Part shown: one piece after another, positions 28,977 through 41,607 of the stretch
How the letters are laid out: the number at the start of each line of letters is the position of its first letter
Position numbering within the stretch: the first letter of the stretch is position 1
Assembly: GCF_009914755.1 (NCBI RefSeq)
Contig: NC_060948.1
DNA length: 64,000 nucleotides
DNA from: the human T2T-CHM13v2.0 reference genome, Homo sapiens
Direction: 5' to 3' (one strand)
Translations under genes and position numbers: made by a program
The notes under the pieces: generated by a model
What the model saw: only the letters and a program-made list of their open reading frames with translations
The model's database searches: none
Told to the model about the DNA's origin: nothing

Positions 28977-31900
28977 CTGATTATAAAATTAATTCCTTCA
29001 TCTTGACTTTAGATGATTTGATATCAATCAGCCATTTTAAAACCCTTTATGTAATATATTTTCTTGGAGATCATTGGGCCTCTTGTGTCTGGATATTTAT
29101 ATGTCTTGCTAAACTTGGAAAGTTTTCATCAAATATTCTCTTAAATATGTTTTCTAAATTTTAGATTTTTCTTTCCCATCAGGAATACCAATAATTTATA
29201 AGTTCAATTACCTTATGTAGTCTTATATGTCTCAAATGTCTTGTTCATTCTCTTTTATTCTTTTTTCTTCATTTTTGTCTGACAGTATTATTTCAAAAGA
29301 CCTGCCTTCAACATCTGAAATTCTTCCTTCTTCTTGGCCTACTCTATTTTTTAAAGATTTGTGTATATATTGCAATTCCTTCAGTTAATTTTTTATTTCT
29401 ATGTTATATTTGTCTTTTTTAAAGATATCTGTCTCCTTAGTAAATTTCTTGTTCATATCCTGAATTGATTTTCTGTTTTATTTGTATTGGAATCACATTT
29501 CTTGTATTTCATTGAGTTTCTTTAAAATAAATATTTTGAATTTTACATCTAGCATATCAAAAATTGTTATTTTTTTTTGTTTAGAATCTATTGCTGGAGA
29601 ACTGTGTTTCTTTGGCAGTGTTGTAATGCCTTGCTTTTTAATACTTTCTGTATCTTTATGTTAATTTATGTGCATCTAAATTAACAGTCACTTCTTATTT
29701 TGCAACTTAATTTTGTTGGAGTAAATTTTTTTTCTTGAAGATATGACTATGCTGTATGTTGGGTAGGGCAATTTGATTTTGCTTCTGGGTGCGTGCATTG
29801 GCAAAGACTCTGCAGGATTTTATTAATTATAAATAGCATTTGTTTGGTGGCTTTCTGAAATGCCAGTTTTAGTAGCAGTGTACCATGTGGATGAGCTTGC
29901 TGATGACCTTCTTTGTAGCCACTGTGGTGTGGGTGATGGGGATAGCAGTGGTCATGAGAATCTTTTCTTGTTCAAAGGGCCTTGCTCTGGTGTTGGCAGT
30001 TGTTCTAATGGGTTGCATAAGACAACCCTCAGGCTAGTAGGTGGTACTCTCAAGTAAGAATCAGCTGTAGTGGTGGCAGTAGAACTTACGCTTGACCTCT
30101 GTTCCCCAGGAAAAATGCTCTGCTTTCCAGGTGATGGATTGGGCTGCTGACTCCCCAAAAGCTTGGATCATACACTCTGTTTCACAGAGATAGGTGAAGC
30201 TTTGTGGGGCTGGACTGGGCAAGCAAACAATCAGGTACTCCTATAGAAGATGTGAACTCCAGCCTTGACAAGAGTGGCAGAAGATTTTTCAAGCCCCTGG
30301 CAAAATATTTGTGTGAGGCTTTATTGCTACTGCACTGAAGTCTCAGCGCCACAGGCTTGGTAGGCAGTATAACCTGCTTACCTCTCATGCCTTTGTCCTG
30401 GCAGGGCTCACTTTCCTGTCCTGACTGTGGCCACATTTAAGATAATCCATTAACTGCTGAAGTTTACTTCTAGTCTGAAAGGTAACCCAGTGTCATAGAA
30501 GTCACTAGACTTGTTGCTCAGTACTAAACTTCTGCAGTAGCTGGCAGTGGCTGCACTGCAGTCTTCACCCACAGCTTCAAACACACAGCTTTCAGGTTCT
30601 CCTGCTTTCTATGGTAACAACACCGTAGCTCTGTATAGAGAGTGGGACAGACCCCAGCCTATACATGGGCCTAAGCTCCAAAGACATGCAACCAGTGAAA
30701 TCACAGTTGCCACTCATAGTCCCAGACAGGCAGCACTTCAGCTCACCCACTTCAGCCTCCAACTACAGCAGCAACAGCAGCTATGCCTGCAACTATATGC
30801 AGTGTGGGAGAAAGGGTTTCATTATGTATACATAATTCTAAGCAAAAAGGTTGCTTGGAAGGTAGGAGGAGATTTTGCATGTCCCTTGAAAGGCCAAGCA
30901 CAGAGTTTGTGCCACTGCTGGGGGTGGAGTCATTTCTTAAAATGCCAAACAGAGAGCTTTCAGGCTCTGGAACGCATGCATTCCAGTTTTCTCTGGGCCA
31001 GGGACTGCATTTTTGGTGTGCTGCACTGCCCTTCCCCCAGGGAGGAAAACTGTCTCTAGGCTAGATTACTGGGGACCCTGAAGCACCTTTCGGTTCAGCC
31101 AGTGCAGTGTCACTGCAGCTCTCTAGGTGGACATTGGGGAATGTCAGCAGTAGCTTTTAGAATGTAGAGATGGGGTGCTGTAGTTCCCAGGGCAGGATGC
31201 AGTCCCATGATAGCTACACTTCACAATGGTGCCCTGCCACAGCCTCTCAGGTCCGAGGGGAGGGGTGAGTGATTTAGCATGAGTTCCCAGTCTGGAGCAA
31301 TGCTCTCAAGAGGTCTCCAAATTACCACTCATACTAATGCCAAGGTTTGTGGCAGTAGAGGAACTCTCCTGTGGTTTGGATCCCAACAGTCTATGGCAAG
31401 AATGTGAACATCAAAACTCTCCCACTCACCCTCTCCCCAGAACACCAAGCCTCTACAGGCGCCTGACCAATTCTCAGAAAAGTTGGCTTCTTGTTTCCTC
31501 CTACTTCTGTGCCTTAGGCATTTCCCCTGAGTTCTCTGTTGGACTCTAATATTTTCTTCTTTAATAGTCTATTCAAAGTGTGATTATCTGTTCATAATTT
31601 TGGTTCTTTTTTCTGGAAAAAACAGGCATCTGATGTCTTCAGTCAGCCATGTTGAACTGGAACCTCCCAACATATAATATTTTAAACTATTATTCTACAG
31701 ATGTACATTAATTTTTTGGCAACATTTCACTATTAAAAATATAATACTACAATAAAGAGATTTGTGTTTAGTGTACATATATGACTATTTCTTTATAACA
31801 AAGAGATTCTTGTAATAATATTTCGTTGTAATGTATGCATATTTAAAATTTTGATATTTTTTAACCAAATTCCCCAACAATGTCCCTACTTATTTATACT

Positions 31901-32271
31901 ACCACTCTTGACGCACATGTGTAAATATTTTATTGCCGTACTAATCACCACTGCTTTTTGCTAATTTTCCCAAGATTGACAATTTAAGAAGAGGACCTGT
32001 TTGCACATGAGTGCATGTGTTTGTGGTGGGAAGAAGTGACAGTGTAAAAATCAATTGCTTTGAATCTGTCTAGTAGGAATATCTGCTTGGCAAGGCTTAG
32101 TAGAAACTGGAGGTAGAGCTTTGGGAGTATTTGAAACGTTAAAAGGAGATGACTTCACAGAAATTCCATGCCCAATGGGTTATGGTTTTATGTAATTCCA
32201 ATGTATCACTATATGTATATGATTTAATATGAGGATATATTTCTTAATGGAGACGAGATTGTTAAATTATT

Positions 32272-32710
32272 TTATCAATTTGGCTTTACCTGAAAACAGA
32301 ACTTGAGACAACGGTTTGAGGCAGATGGTTTTGGGGAAAGGTAGTTCCAGGAAGCCAAAGTGAGAAGGCAGGAGGGTGAGAAAGAAAAAAAGTGAAAGCT
32401 GATATATAGCAGCATGTTAAGAGTTGCTTACCACTGTGGAAAAGCGGAACATAATCCTGTTGGAAACCCAGTGAGGAATAAAGGAAAATGCAACTCATAA
32501 TTGTCCCCCCATACTCTCTTCTTCAATTGGTTTGAGGGTTTACTCTCTAAAATGTTAATACCCTCCCCTCCACCTCATCCCACAAGCACACACTTCTGGC
32601 CTATATTTGCTGGCACATTGAGTGAGATTTCTGCCCTTAGGAAAAGTCTGGAGACAGAAATTCAGAAAGAATGGATTAGAGGTAAACTTTGGAAATGTGT
32701 CTGCTGTAGT
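32272..32710 (-). mobile_element. LTR33-like (ERVL) ancient LTR
   Basis: 'cctgaaaacagaacttgagacaacggtttgaggcagatggttttggggaaaggtagttccaggaagc' resembles the LTR33 reverse complement; boundaries approximate. Confidence 0.5.
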
Positions 32711-34904
32711 TTTTATTCAATTTCTTTACTGTATTTTCTCACTAAGAGGAAAAAGACGACCTCATAAGTCTTGTTCTCTAATAATAACCTTCATTTGCAA
32801 AATTTGAGGTTACTCAGTAAAAATTTTCTAAATTCTATTATGCTCTGAGATTTATAGAATGTCCATTCAAGACTATAGAGTGAGTTGAACTGATAATAAT
32901 AAATAACAAACAATGAGACTAATGAAATATTTATCTCATTTTAGGATGTCAAATACCTATGATAATGCATTATCCTTAACTGTTAATCTTCATTAGAGAA
33001 GTTTTTTAAATAGTAGCCACATTAGAGATTATTCAAATAAATTTTGTATAAGTGCTACATCCCTGCCAATTATAAAACATGAGGTAAAACAACAAGGAAA
33101 AGAGAGCTGAAAAGTTTAACAAGTGTATTCAAAATATTAAGGTGCCACTAATGCTGCCTTATGTGTTGCTAATTGTCTATAGCTTGGGGTATGAAGTGGC
33201 AGTGTTATAAAGTGGTTTACTCTTTAGTAAGTATTATTTTACTCCTTGTTGTGGGAAGATATTAATTCAGTAAGTCTCTTGTGAGGTTTAGAAATAGCAT
33301 AAGCTTAACTTGGTTATGTCCATACTTTGTAAATTACTTTTTCCTGCTGCAGAGTTTCCTGAATATATATTTGTCCTCAGTATTTCTGTCTTATGTCATA
33401 TGACTAATACTCTCTACAGAGACTGCTTCTTTTCTGAACAAATGTTTAATTTATAACATATCTCTGAGAAAAGCTACTCATCTTTGTATTTAATTTTCCT
33501 CATATCAGTTAGAATCTGAGGCACATTATGTTATTTCCACAGGCTGTATATGCCAAGCGAGATGAAAAGAAACAGCAAAACATTAAGAGGTCTCATATCT
33601 CCCTTAGAAATTTTTTGTTCCAATACAGTCTATAAAGTGATGGTAGAAGCAGTTGTTACATATTGTTATTATAATTTCAAAAAGTTGAGCAATAATTACA
33701 TCCAAGTCTGAAATTCCACGGTAAGTCTCAAGAACCCTTCTCTTTTTTCTCAAATCACTAACATTTCTCTCTTCTCTCACATAAATAATTTCTGCAACCA
33801 TTTTTCTTTACAAAGTCTCACTAGACAGATATGAGTAAAGAAGAAATTGTTTTCTAAATTCCATACCAAACTCCCTGTAAATAGAAGTTACACTATCCTA
33901 CCTTCTCAATGCACTAGTAAAACATGTATTATATGCAAACAATTACATTATTGATAGCCATTCTGTTTCTACCAAGCTGAACAAATAATTCTTGATTCTA
34001 ACAAATGTAATTTCAAGTATACATATCTCAATCATTTTTAATATTCTAATGGATATTAGAATATTCCATTTTAATATTGAGGATGACAGATCCCAATTCA
34101 TTTCTCAAGTGGATTGATTTGCCATCTTAAGGGTGAAAGTAGTATTTCTTACTTAATATAGAGGGAGAAAAATTTTATCTATTTTCCTAAAAAGTATATT
34201 TCCAAATTGCTTCCTTGGAGCTAGAATCCTCTGTGGTTTCTGGCACCAAAAATTTCTAACAATACTCTAAAAGAAACATAGGAAACAGACGTGGTTATGG
34301 AAAAAATAGCTACTGTAAGGTCAAGAGTCTAACACAGTCCCTATCTCATTTTTTCCAGCTACATAAACTCTTCTTTGCAATAGTTTTACAATTGCACTCA
34401 GAAGCAGTTGGATATTTATTTAACTGCACCACAATGGCAGGTTTCAGGGAGTACTGTGACTAAAACTTTGAATATGTATAAATATATTTTTGCAGTGGAG
34501 AGAATAATTAAGAAAAATTGGGGGTCTGGCCAAGATGGCAGACTAGAAACAGCTGCAATCGGAGGCTCCCACCTAGAACAAAAACAGTGTGCAAATTCTG
34601 AACTGGCAACAGAGGTATCCAGGTTTTCTCATCAAGACTAACTAGGTATTTGACATGACCCACGGAGAACAAGAAAAAGCAGGGTGGTGCAATGGCCCAC
34701 CTGGGAGCCACACAGGGCAAGGTGAGCCCCAAACCTCAGCCAAAGGAGGTGGTGAGTGATTGTGCTATCCAGCCTGGAAAACCATGTTTTTTTCATGAAT
34801 CTGTGCAACCCATGAATCAGGAGATCCCAATCATGAGTCCATGCCACCAAGGCATTGAGTCACAACAGACCTGTGCAGATTCTCAACGGCCACTTGGCTG
34901 GAGA

Positions 34905-35130
34905 CCGCTTAAGACTACCAAGTTGCTGGGGAGAGGGGTGGCCATTATCACGGCAGCTGACTGCTGCCTAAGACAACTGAGCTCCCCGGGGGAAGGATGG
35001 CCATCCTCAAAGCAGCTGCCTGCTGCCTAAGGTGACTGAGCTCCCCAGGGGAGGGGTGGCAGCCATACTGCATACTGCCTAAGATGACTGAACTCCTGGG
35101 AAGAGGAGTGGTAGCCATCACTGCAGCTCC
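34905..35130 (+). repeat. Four diverged 52-59 bp tandem units in the L1PA10-like 5'UTR
   Basis: Units begin at 34905, 34964, 35023 and 35075 (cygcytaag...ctgarctcc...ggtggc). Confidence 0.8.
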
Positions 35131-38100
35131 AGGCTGCCATTTTTTTCCCTGATGGTGCCAAGGAGACTGGACATTTTGGATACAGGATGGATTCCCCATA
35201 GAGCCTGACACTGGCTGTGGCAGGTTGTGGCCAGACTGCCTCTTTAGGACAGACACCAACCTATCCCTCCTCACTGAGTGGGGCCTCCCTGAAGGAACTT
35301 CAACAACTCCAGCCAGGGGTTTAGGGACAGAACTTTGATAACCCTGGGCCTGAGCCCCTAGGGGGAGTCATGGCTATGGTCTCCATGGACAAGCACACTT
35401 AGTCCTCCCCATTGCTGGCTCTGAGGAATCTGGGCATCCCAGACAAGTTGGGTTTCCCCCAGCATGGCACACCCCCTCCACCAAGGGGCAGCCAGTGTGC
35501 TTCATTAAGCAAGTCCTGGATCCTGAGGCCCCTGACTGTGTGAGACACCCCAACAGGCATCACCAGAAACCTTATACAGGAGTGTTCCTTCTGGCATTAG
35601 CTCTGTGCCCCTCAGGGACAGAGGTTCCAGAGGAAGGAGCAAGCACCAACCTTTGCTGCTCTGCAGCCTCCTTGGGTGACATCTCTAGGTGCAGGGGGGA
35701 GCCAGGTGAATAGGGCCTAAAGCGAACCCCCAGAAAACTGCAGCAGCCCAGCAGAAGAGGGGCCTGATTGTTAAAAAACAAACAAACAGCAAGCAACAGC
35801 AACAGCATCAATAATAAAGTCCTCACAATAACCCCATCCAAAGGTCAGTAACATTAAAGAACAAAACTAGACAAACTAATTAAGATGAGAAGAAATCAAT
35901 AAAAAGATGTTGAAACTTCAAAAGGCCAGAGGGCCCCTCCTCCTACAAATGATCACACCTCCTCTCCAGCAAGGGCACAGAACTGGGTGGAGGTTGAGAT
36001 GAATTGACAGAAGTAGGCTTCAGAAGGTGGGTAATAACAAACTTTACTGAGCTAAAGGAGCATATTCAAACCCAATGCAAAGCATCTAAGAGCCTTGATA
36101 AGAGGTACAGGAGCTGCTAACTAGAATAACCAGTTTAGAGAGAAACATAAATGACCTGATGGAGCTGAAAAACACAGCATGGGAACTTTGTGATGCACAC
36201 ACACAAATATCAATAGCCAAATTAATCAAGTGGAAGAAAGAATATCAGAACTTGAAGACAATCTTGCTGAAATAAAGCAGGCAGACAAGATTAGAGAAAA
36301 AAGAAAAAAAAAAGTATTGAATTAAACCTCCAAGTACTATGGAACTATGTTAAAAGACCAAATCTACAACTGATTGGAGTACCTGAAAGAGATGGAGAGA
36401 ATGGAACCATGTTGGAAAACACACTTCAGGATATCATCCAGGAGAACTTCCACAACCTAGCATAACAGGCCAACATTTAAATTCAGGAAATCCAGAGAAC
36501 TCCAATAAGATACTCTTTGAGAAGGTCACCACAAGACACATAATCATCAGGTTCTCAAGGTTGAAATGAAGAAAAAAAATGTGAGGGACAGCCAGAGAGA
36601 AAGTCCAGGTCACCTAAAAGGAAAGCCCATCAGACAAACAGCAGACCTCTCAGCAGAAACCCTACAAGCCAGAAAAGCGTGGGGGCCAATATTCAACATT
36701 CTTAAACAAAAGAATTTCCAACTTAGAATTTCATGTCTGACCAAACTAAGCTTCATAACTGAAGGAAAATAAAATTCTCTTAAGACAATCAAATGCTGAG
36801 GGAATTCACCACCATGAGGCCAGCCTTGCAAGAGCTTATGAAGGAAGCACTAAATAAGAAAAGACGAACTGGTAGCAGCCACTGCAGAAACACACTGAAG
36901 TACAAAGACCAAAGACACTATGAAGAAACTGCATCAACTAGTCTGCAAAATGACCTGGTAGCATCATGATGATGGGATCAAATTCACACATAACAATATT
37001 AACATCAAATGTATATGGGCTAAATGCTCCAATTTAAAGACACAGAATGGCAAACTGTAAAAGAGTCAAGACCCATTGGTGTGCTGTATTCAAGAGACTC
37101 ATCTCATGTTGAAAGACACACGTATGCTCAACATAAAGGGATGGAGAAAATTTACCAAGCAAATAGTAGAAAAAAATCAGGGGTTGCAATCCTAGTTGCT
37201 GACAAAATAGACCTTAAACCAACAAAGATCAAAAAAGACAAAGAAGGGCAAGACATAATAGTAAAGGAATTAATTCAACTAGAAGAACTAACAATACTAA
37301 ATATATATGCACCCAATACAGGAGCACCCAGATGTGTAAAACAAGTTTTTAGAGACATAAAAAAGACAGACTCCTTCACAATAACAGTGGGAGACTTTAA
37401 CACTCCACTGTCAATATTAGACATATCATCAAGACAAGAAACTAACCAGGATATTTGGGACTTGAACTCAGCTCTGGATCACCTAAACCTGATAGATATC
37501 TAAAGAACTCTCCACCCCAAAGCAGCAGAATATACATTCTTCTCAGTGCCACATGGCACTTACTCTAAAATTGATCACGTAGTTGGAAGTAAAACATTCC
37601 TCAGCAAATACAGAAGTACTTAAATAATAGCAAGCAGTATCTCAAACCACAGTTCAACCAAATTAGAACTTAATTCACTCAAAAGCACATAAATTCACTC
37701 AAAAGCACACAACAATATGGCAATTGAACAACTGATCTTGAAAGACCCCTAGGTAAATAATGAAATTAAGACAAAAATAAAGAAGTTCTTTGAAACCAAT
37801 GAGAACAAAGAGACAATGTACCAGAATCTCTGGGATGCAGCTAAAGCAATATTAAGAGAGAAATTAATAGCACTGAATGCCCCCATCAGAATGCTAGAAA
37901 TATCTCAAATTGACACCCTAATATTATACCTGAAAGAACTAGCAAACCAAGAGCAAACAAACCAAGAGCTAGCAGGAGACAAGAAATAACTAAGATTAGG
38001 GCATAACAGAAGGAGATAGAGACTAGAAAATCCCTTTATAAAATAAATGAATCCAGGAGTTATTTTTTTAAAATTAATAAAATAGACTGCTAGCTAGACT

Positions 38101-38428
38101 CATAAAGAAGAAAAGAGAGAATAATGAAATAGACACAATAAAAATGAAAAAGAGAATATCAACACTGACCCCATAGACATACAAACAACCATCAGAGAAT
38201 ACTATAAACACCTCTAAACAAATAAACTAGAAAATCTACCAAAAAATGGATAAATTTCTGGACACATACACCCTCCCAAGACTAAACCAGGAAGAAATCA
38301 AATCCCTGAATAGATTAATAACATTTTCTGAAATCAAGGCAGTGATAAATAGACTACCACCAGAAAAAGCCCAGGACCAGGTGGATTTACAACCAAAATG
38401 TACCAGAGGTACAAAGAGGATCTGGTAC

Positions 38429-39183
38429 TGTTATAGGAAATATAAAGAAATTATTTAGGTATACCGTTAGATTAAAGAGAGTCCCCAGGAGAAAATTTTC
38501 CTTCTAACAAAAAGCAGATCAGAAATTGATCCCTTTCTAACCACACACAGTTCAAAGACTAACAAAGAGCATTCTGGAAGATCAAGCTGTAAAACAAAGA
38601 TAAGCAACTCAGGCACACAGGAGGAGCTGCCTAGGTAATTACCAAAGTTCACATACATATGATGGGCTCCAGTAAAAACAGTGGGCCTTAACAAGCACAT
38701 TCCTTTCCCTTTCTTTAGGCACACTAAGATAGAGAAGCTGGAAGGTTACAAGGTGGGGGAAGTAGTGGGGGATGCCTGCAGCTGCAAGAAGTTTCCTGGA
38801 AACAGGCACAGAAACTGCCCCCTTTCCTTTCAGCACATGCAGATAAGCAGCTCAAACTAAGGACCTGCCTGCATGATCAAAGAATAGGGTGGGGGCTGCT
38901 AGAAACACTGCTCTATGCAGATGGCCCACCTGGTCCTAATGGGTTCTTCAGTCCCTATAAAGATAAGATGCCCCTACCTCACTATTTATTTATACAAATC
39001 CTGATATTTTTACTACAACCTGCAAACTTGTCCAGGACCCCTGTCTGTGACAGAGTTGTTCTTTCTTTTTGCCCATTAAACTCCTGCTCCACTCTCACTC
39101 TGTGTGCTGCATCCATGTCCATGATTTCCTCAGCTGTGAGAGCAAGAACCTTGGTACTTACCCAAAACAACAAGGCTGTTTTA
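38429..39183 (+). mobile_element. ERV1-class solo LTR (MER50-like / MER4 group) in L1 ORF2
   Basis: 755-bp insert TGTTATAGG...GCTGTTTTA splitting L1 'ctggtac|cattccttc'; 4-bp TSD GTAC (38425-38428 / 39184-39187). Family name is less certain than the boundaries. Confidence 0.78.
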
Positions 39184-39237
39184 GTACCATTCCTTCTGAA
39201 ACTATTCTAAACAATTGAAAAGAATGGACTTCTCTGA

Positions 39238-39333
<96 letters not shown>

Positions 39334-41607
39334 TGACATGGTTTGGCTGTGTCCCCACCCAAATCTCATCTTGAATTTTCATGTGTTGTGGTAGGGACCC
39401 AGTGGGGGGTAATTGAATCATGGGGGTAGGTCTTTCCTGTGTAGTTCTTGTGATAATGAATAAGTCACAAGGGATCTGATGGTTTTATAAAAGGGGGTTT
39501 CCTTGCACAAGCTTTCTCTCTTTGCCTGCTGCCATCCATGTAAGACATGACTTGCTCCTCCTTGCCTTCTGCCATAATTTTGAGGCCTCCCTGGCCACGT
39601 GGAACTCTAAGTCCATTAAACCTCTTTCTTTTGTAAATTGCCCAGTCTCAAGTATGTCCTTAACAACAGTGTGAAAATGAACTAATACAGTGAATTGGTA
39701 CCAGTAGTGTGGGGCACTACTGTAAAGATACCCAAAAATGTGGAAGCAACTTTGAAACTGGGTAACAGGCAGAGGCTGAAATAGTTTGGAGAGCTCATAA
39801 GAAGACAGGAAAATGTGAAAAAGTTTGAAACTTCCTAGAGACTTGTTGAATGGCTTTGATCACAATGTTGATAATGATATGGACAATGAAATCCAGGCTG
39901 AGGTGGTCTCAGATGAAGATGAGAAACTTGTTGGGAACTGGAGTAAATGTGACCCTTGCTGTTTTAGCAAAGAGACTGGGAGTATTTTGTCCCTGCCCCA
40001 GAAATTTGTGCAACTTTGAACTTGAGGGAGATGATTTTGGGTATCTGGCAGAAAAACAAAGTATTCAAGAGGTGACTTGGGTGCTGGTAAAGACATTCAG
40101 TTTTAAAAGGAAGACAGAGCATAAAAGTTCAAAAAATTTGCAACCTGATGATGTGATGGAAAAGAAAAACCCATTTTATGGGGAGAAATTCAAGCCGGCT
40201 ACAGAAACTTCCATAAGTAAGGAGAAGCCAAATGTTAATTTCCATGACAATGGGGAAAATGTCTCCAGGGCATGTCAGAGACCTTCACAGCAGCCCCTCC
40301 CATCATGGGTCCAGAAGCCTAGGATGAAAAAATGGTTTCATGGGATGGAGACAGGACCCCCCTGCTGTGCAGCCTGGGGACTTGGTGCCCTGCATTCCAG
40401 ACCCTCTGTGCAGCCTAGGAACTTGGTGCCCTGCATCCCAGCCACTCTAGCCATGGAGAAAAGGGTACAAGCTCCAAGCCTTTGCAGCTTCCATGTGGTG
40501 TTGATCCTGAGGGTGCACAGAAGTCAAGATTGAGGTTTTGGAACCTCCACCTGGATTTCAGAGGATGTATGGAAATGCCTGGATGTCCAGGCAGAAGTTT
40601 GCTGCAGGGGTGAGGCCCTCACAGAGAACCTCTGTGGAAGGGAAATGTGGGGTTGAAGCCCCCACACAGTGTTACCACTGGTTGCCTGACTAGTGGAGCT
40701 GTGAGAAGAGGGCCACCATTCTCCAGACCCCAGAATGGTAAATCCCCTGACAGCTTGCACTGTGTGCCTGGAAAAGCCATAGACACTCAACACCAGCCCA
40801 TGAAAGCAGTCATGAGAGGAGTTGTACCCTGCAAAGCCACAGGGTGATGCTGCCCAAGACCATGGAAACCCACCTCTTGCATCAGTGTGACCTGGACGTG
40901 AGGCTTGGAGTCAAAGGAGATCATTTTTGAGCTTTGAAGTTTGACTGCCTTGCTGGATTTTTGGACACTCTAGATCCTTTAGCCCGTTTATTTTGGCCAA
41001 TTTCTCCCATTTGGAATGGCTGTATTTACCCAATACCTATACTCCCATTGTGTCTAGGAAGTAACTAACTTACTTTTCATTTTACAGGCTCATAGGCAGA
41101 AGAGACTTGCCTTGTCTCAGATGAGACTTTGGACGGAGGGCCTTTAAGTTAATGTTGAAATGAGTTAAGACTCTGGGGGACTGTTGGGAAGGCATGATTG
41201 TTTGAAACGAAAGGACATGAGATTTGGGAGGGGCAGGAGTGGAAGGATATGGTTTGGCTGTGTTCCCACCCAAATCTTATCTTGAATTCCCATGTATTGT
41301 GGGAGGGACCCCGTAGGAGGTAATTGAATGAGGAGGGCATGTCTTTCCCATGTTTTTCTCATGATGGTGAATAAGTCCTATGAGATTTGATAGTTTTATA
41401 ATGGGGAGTTTCCCAAAAGGAGCTCTCCCTCTTTGCCTGCTGCCATCCATGTAAACTGTGACTTGCTCCTCCTTGCCTCCTTGCCTTCTGCCATGATTGT
41501 GAGGCCTCGCCAGTCATGTGGAACTGTAAGGCTGTTAAACATTTTTCTTTTGTAAATTTCCCAGTGTCAGGTACATCTTTATCGCAGCAAGAAAATAGAC
41601 TAATACA
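39334..41607 (+). mobile_element. Two-LTR THE1B MaLR element: 5'LTR 39334-39689, internal 39690-41244, 3'LTR 41245-41607
   Basis: TGACATGGTTTGGCTGTGTCCCCACCCAAATCTC start, two LTRs, about 1.55-kb internal region and 5-bp TSD ACATT (39329-39333 / 41608-41612). Confidence 0.93.

Noticed and set aside
30547-31059. 170-aa ORF with a short poly-Q
   Set aside because: It is antisense within the L1PB4 5' region, starts at GTG and has no coding or splice support.
34905-35130. CRISPR-like repeat-spacer array
   Set aside because: These are diverged tandem units without unique spacers, inside an L1 5'UTR in a primate genome with no cas genes.
39850-40533. 227-aa ORF as a novel gene
   Set aside because: It lies wholly in the THE1B internal region and is a remnant of the known MaLR internal frame.
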